From Amoebidium appalachense (Eukaryota > Protista > Ichthyosporea), in assembly GCA_963693365.1 (NCBI GenBank), contig CAVNZM010000001.1:1052054-1116053 (forward strand): 64,000 bases of DNA, written 5' to 3'. Positions 22,773 to 37,576 of this stretch are shown here, one piece after another. Numbering within the stretch: position 1 is the first letter of the stretch; each line of letters starts with the position of its first letter. The notes under the pieces were generated by a model. That model was given only the letters and a program-made list of their open reading frames with translations. It did no database searches and was not told where the DNA came from. A program made the position numbers and the translations under genes.

Positions 22773-25700
22773 TGTTGTAATACGTAGTATTTACATATGG
22801 TAAGATCTTCTCAGTTTGTGTTATGTTTCAGTTCATATGCTTAGTGTAAAAGCTACACTCCTATTACGTAAAGTGTAGCATCGATCTCCGATATGCTTGT
22901 ATACTTGTAATCGTCTTGTATCGGCTTTAATCGTGTGTTGTAATATCGATTAGAATATTTATATGTGTGTACATGGATCCACCCACTCAGGGGGAGACGT
23001 GTACATGTTCGTGTGTACATAAATATCTCTGGTTATAGTTATGACATTGCTATCTTGTTTGTTGATCTGTGCTCTCTTTTCCTTCCTCTTTCTCCTTCCT
23101 TATTTTCTTTTCTTTCTCTCTTTGTCTTCATGTGTATAATCGTATTTCTTTTCTACTAATATATGTTAGGTAGATTTGTGTTACTTAATACGTGTTCATT
23201 GGACGGTAACACACTTAGGCTACACTTAGAATAGCATGTGTGTTTAGACTTCATTAATTTACTTTAGTTTTCATGTGTTGCCGGGCTTTAACCAATCATC
23301 AAGGTTAAGTGTGGTATGTCTGAGTCTTTGCAGTATGTCATAGGTTAGAATTTCCTTGATGATGACACGAGTTGACCTTAACTAGTGTCTGTGTCCTATC
23401 GTGTGCGTCTCCGCGTACCGGATCTCTCTGAAAGCAATTGGTTCTTAGTGATTGGTTTCTATTAGAGATAGATCTGATTTCCGACTGGTCGGAAATCATG
23501 TATGGATTGGACTTAGAGGAATTTCAGGTATTTATTCGAAGATCAGAATAAATTCAGTTCAGTCGTGTCTAAACATTGATGTCTATTCTGTACACTGCTC
23601 CGATCGTTCCGTGTTTTGTTGTTGTGTGTGTCTGTGGTGTTTTTACACTGCACCACTGTGTCTCTGCTTTCATTTCAAATACTTATACAAGTTAACAGGT
23701 TATGCAGCCCTTTTGCACGCTCCCTACACACATCTAGAACTAGCGCTCGTTTTTCAATCATGGATCCAAACAAAACTGGCGTAAACAAAATCACCATGTG
23801 GAAAGGTGAAGGGAAGACTGGTCCCGATAGCAAAACCACCTATTTTCAATGGGAAATCATTTTTCTCGGCATGATGACCGGCACTAAAGGTGTCCGACTC
23901 GTGGATGTTGTACTTGCTGACAACTACGTCCCCCCTACCACCGTCGCGGTTGACGGTGAACCCCCCTTCTATGGCTACGGCACTACCGCGGAACTCAAGG
24001 AGGCCCGCAATTGCCTCCTGCTCCATATGATACAGAACATCGACCCTTCCGTCCTCACCACCGTTGCCCAGTACCGTATTGGCATGGTGACCCTGAACGG
24101 GCCATGTGGAAATTCCGTCAACACTACCTCCAAGGCAAACCCGATCAGATCCGCATCCTTCACCGTCAGTGGGATGCCTGTGCCCTTCAGCCCGGTGAAT
24201 CATTCACCACCTACCTGAGTCGTCTGCAGACCATCGTGAACCAGCTCCAGTCCCTCCAAGATGAGTCCATTCACTTCACTCGTCTAACTGAGAAGTTCTT
24301 CAATGAACTCACCACCAGAGACGACCTCACCCCTGAGTTCAACCGTCTTATCGAAGACTATCACTTCGGTGATAAGCTATTCCCCGACTTCGAGTCCCTC
24401 CACAACCACGTCAAGGGCATCGAGTTACGTCAAGACCTCAAGATGCAACTCCGGAGCAACCGTGCCCACCGTGCCTCCAAGTCCAGCATGGCATTAAATG
24501 CCAGTGCTCCCCCCCGTGATCTTCCTCGCCGTGACTTACGCAACCGCCTTGACCGTACCCCTGGCACGGACCTCCGAACTCGTCTCTCCCGTCAGCACAC
24601 CCGATCCCGTTCCCCCCACCGGCCTGCCTTCCGGTCCACGTCTCGTTCCCCCAGTCGTTCCCGTTTCTCGGGTTCCCGTCGTTCTGATTCCCCGGCTCGT
24701 TCTAACACCCCGTCCGTGAAAGAATGCTCCTACTGCCACGAGCCTGATCACACGATCATCGATTGCCCTGAGCCGAAATGCCGTATGTCCAGACACAACC
24801 GTTCCCGTCAAGGCAGTGAGAAATCTGTCTCCTTTGCTTTCTCGGCATACAATGCTAGCTCCGTCCCCGTGTCCTCCGACCCTGCCTGGGATTCCGGGTG
24901 CAACATGACTGTCTGCCCCACCCGTGAGTTCTTCCATGACCTCACTCCCCTTCCGACACCGACTCCCGTTGCTGCCTTCAATGGCACCCCCGTCTTGGCC
25001 ACTCACACCGGCCATATCGTCATCAACACCACCACCGACCATGGCACTGCCACCCTTACCATTGAAGCCTACTACACCCCGTCTGGCCAAGCCTTCCTCA
25101 TTTCAACATCCCAAGCTGCTGCCGAATACATCAAGGGTGATTTGAACGATGCCTCCACTCCGTCATTCCTCTTCGACCGACTCACCGGCCGTCATCTCGT
25201 CAACCTCCGTCTACACAACGGTCTGTATTACTTCAAGGACTACACCATTCAACCACCCACTCGTCCTGTGGCTCTGGCTGCCACTACCAGTGTTAACCCA
25301 TCCATCTGGCACCATCGTCTGGGGCACCGTGCTATGACCAGCATCAAGGACATGGTGAAACACGACCTTGTTATTGGTCTCCCCTCCTCTGTCCTCGACT
25401 GTGATGTTCCTGATTGTCATGGCTGCATTATGGGTAAACCCACCAAGGCTCCGTTCAAAGGTGACCGTCCTCACTCCAACATCCCCGGTCATGAATGGCA
25501 TTGGGATTTTTTTGAGCCTACCACAACATCGTACGGAGGTTCCAAGGTTGCTCTCGTCACTGTCTGCCGTGCCTCTGGACTCGTCAAGATCTACCCGATG
25601 GCCCATCGTACCACCACCCTGGACATTCTCACAGCTCACACCAACCTCGTTGCCACCCATGCCCCCTCCAAAGTTGGTGTCTACCACTTCGACTCCGGCT

Positions 25701-28700
25701 CTGAGTTCACCTCCAAGGCTACCCGTGCTTTCTGCCTCTCCCAGGGCATCAAGGCCAGCTATGCTCCGGTGGACTGCCCTCAACTGAACGGCTATGTTGA
25801 ACGTCGTATGAGGTTCCTCCAAGAGATTGTCCGTTGCCTCCTCCATCAAGTCCAAGATCAGTCTCTGTCCCCCAAACTGTGGGCTGAGGCTCTCCAACAT
25901 GCCGCCTACATCATCAACGTCACCCCGTCCACGACTGCCAATGGTCGTACACCATTCGAAATTTTCTACGGTGTCAAGCCCGACATCTCCGAGCTCAAAG
26001 TGTTCGGTTGCCCTGCCTACACTCACGTGCCAGCCTCTAAACGGAACAAGCTGGCCCCCACCGTCAAACTCGGCTTGTATATCGGCTATGATCTTCAATC
26101 ACACTGCCACCGGATCTTCAATCCCACCACCCATCGTGTCGGCCTCTTCCGTGATGTGATTTTCGACGAATCAGCTTATCTCCCGTCCGACATTCCATCA
26201 ACACTTCCGACCCTCGACACCACTGCTACCTCGACCATCCCACCCCCCACAGTTGACACTGAAGATGATGTTTGTCTGGTGTACTCTGGCCCCCCTCCTG
26301 CCATCGTCGTTCCCCCGACACCCCCCCCCCCACCGGCCCCCCTGCCCCCGTGCCCGTCCAGCCTGCCGACCCTCATCCTGCCCCTGGCAACGTCACACCC
26401 ATCCGACCCGGCTCCCCCGACAACTTCCACTCGGCCCCGTCCAGCCCGGAGGTTGCCCCCCCTGCAATTCCGAACTTCCAAGTTCCCCCCCCCCCGTCTC
26501 CACCTCCCCCGGTTCCTGCACCCCGTCGTTCTGCCCGTCTACAGGGCAAGGTTGGATTTCAAGCCACCACCACCCTCCCAGTCCCCCCCGGTCCCCCCAT
26601 CAACATCGACCAACTACCCAAACTTGTCCGTCAACTGTGTTCCGGACCCAATGGTGACCAGGTCAAGTCAGCCCTCACTGCTGAGTATCAAGCCTTCGTC
26701 GACAAAGACATCTTTGAACTTGTTGACCCTCCCCCTGGTGCTAACATCGTCGGCTTCAAGTGGATTGTCTCCGAGAAAACTCTCAACTCGGCTGGTGACA
26801 CCAAGATCAAGGCACGTGGTGTTGCTCAAGGCTTCAGTCAGCAATACGGTGTTGACTATGAGTTGATTGAGAGCCCTGTCATCCGTCCGGCTGCTCTCCG
26901 TGCTATCCTAGCTCTGGCCGTTGTTGAAGGTCATGACATCCATCAACTCGACGTGTCTACGGCCTTTCTCAACAGCCCACTCACCGAGACCATCTACATG
27001 AAACAACCCCCGGGATTCATCACCATGGCCACATTTGGCAAGGTCTGGAGACTCAAGAAAGCCCTGTACGGCCTCAAGCAAGCCTCGAAGGCTTGGTACG
27101 ACTTCCTCGACGGCATTCTTCTTGCCCATGGCCTGACCCGTACTAAGACCGATCCGTGCATCTACCTCCGGTTCTTCCCCAACAACGATGTGGTTCGGGC
27201 TGGTAACTACGTCGACGACTCCACCATCACCAACACCCGGGGTTCTACTGCTGCCAGTGACCTGGCTGCCCACATCAGCAAGATGGCCAGCTGTCGTATG
27301 AGTCCATTTGACCGTATGCTCGGTGTTGATTTTAATCACTCTGATCCCCATCACCTCCACATGCACCAGAGGTCTTACATCATGGATATCATCCACGACT
27401 TCAACCTCACCGATGCCAAGTCCAAGTCTACCCCCATCCCTGCAGGCACCACCGTCTCCCTGGCTGACTGCCCCCCCCCAACCGTTCACCGTGCCCTACC
27501 GTGAGTTACTCGGCCGTCTCCTCTGGGTGGCACGGTGCACCCGTCCCGACATTGCCTATGCCATCGGCTTCCTCGGTCGGTTCAGCACCAACCCCGGCAA
27601 GACTCACTGGGACCTTCTCCGTCGTGTGGCCCGGTACCTGCTCGGCACCATTGACCTTGGCATTGACTACAAGTACTCGGCCACCCAGTCCCCCATACTC
27701 GAATGCTACACGGATGCTGACTTTGCTGGTTGTGCCGACAGCAAGAAGTCTACCACCGGCTACATTATCGAGTTTGCTGGTATGCCCATCATCTGGTACT
27801 CCAAGCTCCAGCCCATCACGGCCACCAGCACCACTGAAGCTGAGCTGATTGCTCTCAATGCTGGCACCCAAGAAGTTGCTTTGGTCCGTGACCTCTTCAA
27901 GGAACTCGGCTGTCCCATGCTTGCTCCGACTCCGGTGTACTGTGACAACCAGTCGACCATTGCCATCGTCAACTCCACCGGCATCAAGCACCGTACCAAA
28001 CACATTGCCGTCCGGTATCACAACACCAAGGACTACATTGCAAGTGGGGACGTGGTTGTCCACTACGTTGAGTCAGCCCACAACTTAGCTGACATCCTCA
28101 CCAAACCCCTCCCCGGCCCGAGTCATGTCCACCATCGTGCTCGACTTTGTTTGCCGGATATTGTGGATTGACCCGTCCTACTTCAAGAGTGATTTTCTAA
28201 TGTTTACTACTTACTTTATCATAATCATCATTTCATATGTATCTTGCCTTTGTGGGTATGCCCACTTAGGGTTTATATATAAGGTTTGACCTGTACCATG
28301 ACTCTACTCTATCTTTCACTGGTTTAAAACCCAGTTAATCAAAACCCGACTATACACGTTATACATATTCGTTGTTTTTGCCCCGGTTTCTTCCCCCCCC
28401 CCCCTCCCCCCCTTCCCCCCCTCCCCCCCCCCTCCCCCCCCTTCTCCCCCCCCCCCCCCCCCCGGGAAAAGTACAAACATTAATTTTTTTTTCCGTTTCT
28501 GTTCTCAAGTGGGGAGATTTCACTAGTTCAGTGGGGATATGATAACACAAACTTCAAAGTCTTAAGTGGGGATGTTGTAATACGTAGTATTTACATATGG
28601 TAAGATCTTCTCAGTTTGTTTTATGTTTCAGTTCATATGCTTAGTGTAAAAGCTACACTCCTATTACGTAAAGTGTAGCATCGATCTCCGATATGCTTGT

Positions 28701-29497
28701 ATACTTGTAATCGTCTTGTATCGGCTTTAATCGTGTGTTGTAATATCGATTAGAATATTTATATGTGTGTACATGGATCCACCCACTCAGGGGGAGACGT
28801 GTACATGTTCGTGTGTACATAAATATCTCTGGTTATAGTTATGACATTGCTATCTTGTTTGTTGATCTGTGCTCTCTTTTCCTTCCTCTTTCTCCTTCCT
28901 TATTTTCTTTTCTTTCTCTCTTTGTCTTCATGTGTATAATCGTATTTCTTTTCTACTAATATATGTTAGGTAGATTTGTGTTACTTAATACGTGTTCATT
29001 GGACGGTAACACACTTAGGCTACACTTAGAATAGCATGTGTGTTTAGACTTCATTAATTTACTTTAGTTTTCATGTGTTGCCGGGCTTTAACCAATCATC
29101 AAGGTTAAGTGTGATATGTCTGAGTCTTTGCAGTATGTCATAGGTTAGAATTTCCTTGATGATGACACGAGTTGACCTTAACTAGTGTCTGTGTCCTATC
29201 GTGTGCGTCTCCGCGTACCGGATCTCTCTGAAAGCAATTGGTTCTTAGTGATTGGTTTCTATTAGAGATAGATCTGATTTCCGACTGGTCGGAAATCATG
29301 TATGGATTGGACTTAGAGGAATTTCAGGTATTTATTCGAAGATCAGAATAAATTCAGTTCAGTCGTGTCTGAACATTGATGTCTGTTGTGTACACTGCTC
29401 CGATCGTTCCGTGTTTTGTTGTTGTGTGTGTCTGTGGTGTTTTTACACTGCACCACTGTGTCTCTGCTTTCATTTCAAATACTTATACAATTTAACA
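22773..29497 (+). mobile_element. Copia-B1 full-length LTR retrotransposon
   Basis: 925-bp LTRs 22773-23697 and 28573-29497 (about six differences seen), TSD AATGC, PBS GGTTATGCAGCCC at 23698, PPT AAGTGGGGA. Confidence 0.97.
23760..28171 (+). pseudogene. Copia-B1 gag-pol with complete RT, three frameshifts
   Basis: MDPNKTG start; motifs CSYCHEPDHTIIDC, AWDSGC, WHHRLGH, HFDSGSEF, HQLDVSTAFLN, YVDD and YTDADFAG. Breaks at ~24088 and at C-runs ~26330 and ~27480. Confidence 0.9.
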
Positions 29498-30687
29498 AAT
29501 GCCGTTTTGTTTGCTCGTATTTTTGTGGATGAAATTTGTCTTAGGTTTGGTTGTCCTCGTGTTTTGTTAACGGATAGGAGTCGTGTGTTTTTAAATCAGT
29601 TGGTGTCGGAGGTGTGTAAAATTTTAAGGGTAGCTCATATCACTACGTCTGCATATCACCCTCAAGCAAATGCCATCTCTGAACGTGTGCATGCAGTGTT
29701 TCAGAAGTCCTTTGGCAAAATGGTGGATGTGGAGGCTAATGATTGGGATCATATGTCTAGGTTTATTGCTCATTCGTATAATTCTACCCCTCATGCTGTG
29801 ACTGGTTTTTCTCCGTTTTATTTGGTCTATGGGCAGGTAGCTATTAGTTTGTTAGATACGGCACTTTTGCCGATGGGGGGGACTGACCGACTAACTTATC
29901 CCCACTGGACTGAGTTCCGGGAGCAGCTACTAACCCGGGCCCGGGCTGCACGTGATGCAGCTCTGGCCCGTACACAGCAGGCACAGGCACGTACAGACGT
30001 GTCCACACGTCCGTTACGTGAATTTGCCGAGGGTACTTTAGTTTTAATTAGGGATCATACTAGGAAAAAGAGATATAAGCAGGAGCAGGAAGGTAAGGGT
30101 GAAGGTGAAGGTCTTCGTAAGTATGTTAAGAAATGGTTGCCTCTTTTTATCGGTCCGTATAAAATAGTGGCTAGGTTAGGTCCGACGGAATATAAGGTGC
30201 AGAGGTTAGATATGAGAGTGATGTTAGATTTTATAATGTAGATGATATAAAGGAATATTATGATAGGGCCCTTAGGGTTAAACGGCCGGAGGGCCGTCGA
30301 GTGTTAGATGCATTCACCCCCGACTATGACGGGTCGGTGGATGTATCGGAGGCTGCAGTAGATAAAATTATGGATAAAAAGGTTATCGAAGGTAAGGAAG
30401 GTAAGGTAAATTATTATTTAATTCGTTTTGAGGGAGGTTATCAGGAAGATCAGTGGTTGCCTGAGTTTCATTTGGATTGCCCGTTTTCTATTCGTGCTTA
30501 TGAGGCTAGATTAGTGCAGAGGGAGTTGCCTAGTGCTCCCTCTAGGCCAAAGAGAGTTATTCCTCAGTTTAATCGTGGTGTGAAAAAGTCGATGGGGGAG
30601 GGGGCCGGGGGGGGAGTGATGCAAATACACGTAGACACACGGGGGGGAGGGGGGGGGGGGGGGAGAGGAGACCGAGGAGGAGTGTGA
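29498..30687 (+). pseudogene. Gypsy integrase core/C-terminus and chromodomain
   Basis: Motifs RFGCPRVLLTD, SAYHPQANAISER, TGFSPFYLVYG and FIGPYKIV, then chromodomain-like VDKIMDKK...YYLIRFEG...DQWLPEFHLDC. Confidence 0.9.
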
Positions 30688-30842
30688 ACGTAGTCGTAGG
30701 AATTTAATTTATTATCATAGGTGTCTCCGTAGGTATCAAGCTTATGGTGTAGATTAATTTATTATTTTTCTTCGTAATTTATTTAATTTTAATTTTTTTT
30801 TTGGGAGACTGATTAGTCAATGTCTTTTTAGGGGGTGTTAGA

Positions 30843-31604
30843 TGTAATGTGACTGAGGTGGGACTCAGCTTTTCCGGGGGCCGGGGGGGGAGTTGACATA
30901 TACTAATCCGTCTCAGCAGATTAGCCTAAGTCTACGATCGAGATCGGGGGGGGGGGGGGGGGGTGGCCCGGGTCCACAGATCATCAAGATCAAGTTCGGG
31001 GCCTCAAGATAGCTGTACAGCTGCGTGCATCTTGCCTCTGCCGGCGCAGGGCATTGGGCCACGTCAGCCGGGACAGCCGACCAATAGAATTCTAATTAGT
31101 GTGTAGGATAGATCGTAGGAGGACTTAGGAATGTGATTGTTCGGGCAGAAGCCCTTTTGTAAGTATTGGCAGGGTTTGATAGTGTATGTTGCCAAACGTA
31201 TTTATATATTTAGATGTAGAGGAAAGGGGGGGAGGGAGGGGGGGGGAGGATAGTATGAAATGTAGATTTAGACTCTGCGGTGCCACTAGGGGGAGGGTGA
31301 GGGGTGAGACATGGATAAATATATTAGTTGAGTAGATCGACTTAGCTCGTGCAGGCGCACGATAAAAGTAGATCGGAATGTTTGGAATGTGGCATCGTAG
31401 GGGGCCAGGTGATGATGATCTTTGAGGGCACGGCCTTGATGGCCTGAGTTGTAACTTAAGTCTCATTCCGTACGGATCTAAGTTTGCCCGTCGGAGCCTG
31501 GTCTGAATAAACTTTACCGTTTTTCCGTACACGTTCGTTCCTTTTCGTGTGTGTACACTTAGTAGAGTGCCGCGTCTCTAGTACATATACATTAGGTTAC
31601 GACA
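30843..31604 (+). repeat. Gypsy 3' LTR (5' boundary uncertain, 30843-30894)
   Basis: It follows G-rich PPT-like tracts and ends TTACGACA. Homologues at ~57096-57514 and 41151-41313(-), the latter sharing the same end. Confidence 0.7.
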
Positions 31605-32974
31605 TAAGCTATTCCCCGACTTCGAGTCCCTCCGCAACCACGTCAAGGACATCGAGTTACGTCAAGACCTCAAGATGCAACTCCGGAGCAACCGTGCCGA
31701 CCGTGCCTCCGAGTCCAGCATGGCATTAAATGCCAGTGCTCCCCCCCGTGATCTTCCTCGCAGTGACTTACGCAACCGACTTGACCGTACCCCTGGCACG
31801 GACCTCCGAACTCGTCTCTCCCGTCAGCACACCCGCTCCCGTTCCCCCCAGCGGCCTGCCTTCCGGTCCACGTCTCGTTCCCCCAGTCGTTCCCGTTTCT
31901 CGGGTTCCCGTCGTTCTGATTCCCCGGCTCGTTCTAACAACCCGTCCGTGAAAGCATGCTCCTACTGCCACGAGCCTGATCACACGATCATCGATTGCCC
32001 CGAGCCGAAATGCCGTATGTCCAGACACAACCGTTCCCGTCAAGGCAATGAGAAATCTGTCTCCTTTGCTTTCTCGGCATACAATGCTAGCTCCGTCCCC
32101 GTGTCCTCCGACCCTGCCTGGGATTCCGGGTGCAACATGACTGTCTGCCCCACCCGTGAGTTCTTCCATGACCTCACTCCCCTTCCGACACCGACTCCCG
32201 TTGCTGCCTTCAATGGCACCCCCGTCTTGGCCACCCACACCGGCCATATCGTCATCAACACCACCACCGACCATGGCACTGCCACCCTTACCATTGAAGC
32301 CTACTACACCCCGTCTGGCCAAGCCTTCCTCATTTCAACATCCCAAGCTGCTGCTGAATACATCAAGGGTGATTTGAATGATGCCTCCACTCCGTCATTC
32401 CTCTTCGACCGACTTACCGGCCGTCATCTCGTCAACCTCCGTCTACACAACGGTCTGTATTACTTCAAGGACTGCACCATTCAACCACCCACTCGTCCTG
32501 TGGCTCTGGCTGCCACCACCAGTGTTAACCCATCCATCTGGCACCATCGTCTGGGGCACCGTGCTATGACCAGCATCAAGGACATGGTGAAACACGACCT
32601 TGTTATTGGTCTCCCCTCGTCTGTCCTCGACTGTGATGTTCCTGATTGTCATGGCTGCATTATGGGTAAAACCACCAAGGCTCCGTTCAAGGGTGACCGT
32701 CCTCACTCCGACATCCCCGGTCATGAATGGCATTGGGATTTTTTTGAGCCCACCACAACATCGTACGGAGGTTCCAAGGTTGCTCTCGTCACTGTCTGCC
32801 GTGCCTCTGGACTCGTCAAGATCTACCCGATGACCGACCGTACAACCACCCTGGACATTCTCACAGCTCACACCAACCTCGTTGCTACCCATGCCCCCTC
32901 CAAAGTTGGTGTCTACCACTTCGACTCCGGCTCTGAGTTCACCTCCAAGGCTACCCGTGCTTTTTGCCTCTCCC
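31605..32974 (+). pseudogene. Copia-B2 gag-PR-integrase fragment
   Basis: ORF 31675-32982 is near-identical to the B1 region ~24440-25742. Confidence 0.92.
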
Positions 32975-33965
32975 TGTTGTAACACGTTATATTTACATAT
33001 GGTAAGATCTTCTCAGTTTGTGTTATGTTTGAGTTCATATGCATAGTGTAAATATAGTAAACTACATTCCTCATTAATTCTATTCGATTCCTTTCCCATA
33101 CCTTTTCCATCTATTCCCACGACGTAGCATTGTTCTATGTTTCCCAACTATTAGGAATACTTATATTTAGACGTGTTATGTTAAGAACATGTATAAAGTG
33201 CAGAGAGCACAGATGGGTGTTATGTTATACACAACACAGAGACACACGGGAGAAACACAACCGGAGAGGTGGAACGATTACTGGGACCATAGGAAATGAA
33301 TTCGACTGCTTTATATTTATTTCAAGATGAAGTTCCTTTTATACTCAGGAATGTGAAATCGATAAACCAATCAAAAGAACGAAAACTCTATTTTCCAATC
33401 AGAAAGACGAAAACTATGAGGGTAAAATAAATCGATCGAAATGCCTGTCGACACATAGAAGATAAAACGCAATCCTCTAATGAAAGTAATCTTCTAATAA
33501 AAGTACGGAAACATTTAACAAAATGAAACCACTTATGTATCTATTAGTTCACATCATATATTTATACATGTTCTTAACATAACACGTCTAAATATAAGTA
33601 TTCCTAATAGTTGGGGAACATAGAACAATGCTACGTCGTGGGAAAGGAAGGAAAAGGAATGAGGATAGAAAGGAATGGAATGGGAGAGGAATCGAATAGA
33701 ATTAATGAGGAATGTAGGTTACTATATTTGGGAAAATATAACAAGATCTGATCGGACGACATATTTTGATATTGACGCAAACAACAATACGTGTGCACGG
33801 GCTAAATATCTCGATGTGTACACAGATCTAAGATATCGGTGCACACGGAAACAGAAAGAAAGAAAGGAAGAAAGGAAAAGGGAAAAGGAAACAAACTACA
33901 ACAAACTAATAAACATATATAAAACTCAGCTTCTAAGTCTTGCCGTTAATCATGGGAAGATGACA
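32975..33965. repeat. Rearranged LTR composite: B-like start, short A-like piece (+), long A-like LTR (-)
   Basis: Starts TGTTGTAACACG. Segment ~33052-33197 is an inverted copy of ~33560-33730. It ends GGAAGATGACA, the reverse of the LTR-A start. Confidence 0.7.
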
Positions 33966-33975
33966 GTGTGTGTGT

Positions 33976-34006
<31 letters not shown>

Positions 34007-34254
34007 GGGGGGTGTAGGTGCCACGGTGTGTGTGTCAGATTGATACTATGCCATGATATATATATATATATATTATATATATATATATATACCCACACAC
34101 ACACACACACACACGCACACGCGCGCGCGCGCGCACACACACACACACACACGCACACATGTATCGTGACAATACTATATATATATATATGCCATGATAC
34201 TCTTTATATATCATAGTGTGTATATGTGTGTGTGTATATGTATGTATATGTATA

Positions 34255-34303
<49 letters not shown>

Positions 34304-34340
34304 CGATGTATATATATATGATCATGATATATACACATGA
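33966..34340. repeat. Compound microsatellite (GT)n, poly-G, (AT)n, (AC)n, (GC)n
   Basis: Directly visible. Confidence 0.95.
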
Positions 34341-35117
34341 TATACTGACCTCGATATCTGGGTTGACCATTCACAATCACTCTAATTAGATCGGTAGAGG
34401 TCTTTTTATACGCACGCCACTGTATAAATGATAAATAGAGCATATTATAATTACATCACATTGGCATTGCATACGGTACAACACATAGTAATACCCTCTT
34501 TCTGAGGCTTTTTCCCTCTCTCGGCTTATAAACATAAGTGTTTATATATCTCCATGAAGGTGCTGCGATTTTAGCCATTGGCGGCGTATACAGGCGACTC
34601 AAATAGCTTCTCATAGTGTTAGACTCACATCAGACCCACACATATCCACACAGCCAATCAGTTATACCAAAACTAACATTTGTAAAAAGAATATGGTTAT
34701 GTCATGGTACTCCTTTGTGGTATCACGATATCTCTCGCCGATATTTTCACTTAGCGTCCAGGCATTCTAATTGGCTTATCAAGCAACACGGCTGCAACTA
34801 TGGCAATTGGTCAGATAAATGCCGCCCTTTGCCCTTTCCTATGTATGCTCAACATCAGTCCCTTACCATCCCACTGGCGGGGTTTAGACACGAGCTTCAT
34901 TTCCGCAACAGACATCACATATATATATAATTGGTATCCTCACCACTGCCGCCGCCGCACATAGCGGCTACGCCATTCTCCTCCCCCCCCCCCCCCCCCC
35001 CTCTCCCTCCCCTCCTCCTCCTCCTCTTTCCTACACACCGCGACTGTGAACCACCGCAACCGCTGCCATAAACATACATGCACACTTGCGTGCATGCGCG
35101 CGCGCCGACACACACAC

Positions 35118-36455
<1,338 letters not shown>

Positions 36456-36714
36456 TACTGCTTCCCGTGCTAAAGTTCTTAAAAGACCCTCACAGTGCCG
36501 CAAAGTGTTCTGGTTTCTAGCATAGCCCCCCTCAAGAATGAAATAGTGTATGCTGCGGGCTGGCGAATTTACAAACAAACAAACGAGCATCATGGCTCTA
36601 TAACGGGCAATGGTGATTAATGTAGAGATGTTGCCAGTGGGGGAAGGGGGTTGGGGGGGGGGGGGGGGGGGGGGGGGGAGGGTCGTCTTCAAGACGCGGT
36701 GTGAAAAACAACCA

Positions 36715-36757
<43 letters not shown>

Positions 36758-37576
36758 ACCCCCGTTCCCTCCCCGAAGCCTACCCATATGACAATGGGGC
36801 GTACTCTGTTTACTATTCGTGGCAAAGATATTCCACCACATGGTGGAATTATTATTATGGTCTCCGCAATATGCAGGATGCCTTGAAGAACACTATGATA
36901 TCGCACCTCCCAGTAGAAGGACATACCAACCCAGGATTCGAAGGGGCAGCCACGAGGCAGTAATAGGCAGGCTCTCATGGAGTAACTTGACTAGTTTGAA
37001 CACTAATTGTAAAACTGAGTGACTTATGTCTACTTCTGTGGTTACTTTCATTGATTCGTATTAATAGTGATGAGACTTAAGTCTGGCATTTTGGCAGAAG
37101 AAGCATGCCAGACTTATGTAGCTGTAATCTTGATTTGAACCATTTTATTTAATGTCTTATCACCCGCAGTACCGCTGTCTAGTGGTGGGTACCAGCCCCA
37201 TGGCATCTATATACCTACGTATAGACTGAGCCCGTGAGACAGACTTGGACAACAGTCTGATTATGCTATTAAAGTCTGAGTATGTTATAAACAAAGATTA
37301 AAGGGGGTGGGGGGGGGGGGGGGGGTAGATTCCAGCTAACTGTGATGTAGCTTTACGGCGGGTCCGTGTCCGAAATTTTACGTGTCTGCTGACGGGGGTC
37401 TAACGTGGTGTGGTGCTGCTCGGTTCAGAGTAATGGAGTGCATGTGGTTTCCCATGTCGTGTAGTGTGCTGGTGGCTGCTATGTGTCTGTAGGTGTAATG
37501 GAGGTTCTTCTAGGGCAGGCCGGTGGGTTGGTGGGGGGGAAGAGGGGGGAATTTAGCTTTACTTCGTCCCTAGCAT

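Larger units (their letters stand above)
5117..31604 (+). mobile_element. Ty3/Gypsy chromodomain-type LTR retrotransposon, 5'-truncated, host to nested insertions
   Basis: After removing the inserts the domain order is gag/CCHC - PR - RT - RH - IN - chromodomain - LTR. Flanks rejoin across TSDs GAGAG and AATGC and across the LINE block (NEV|GFVKGFEMQIDTG). Confidence 0.88.

Noticed and set aside
34340-34930. Coding exon or element fragment in unique sequence between microsatellites
   Set aside because: No recognisable motif or convincing ORF is visible.
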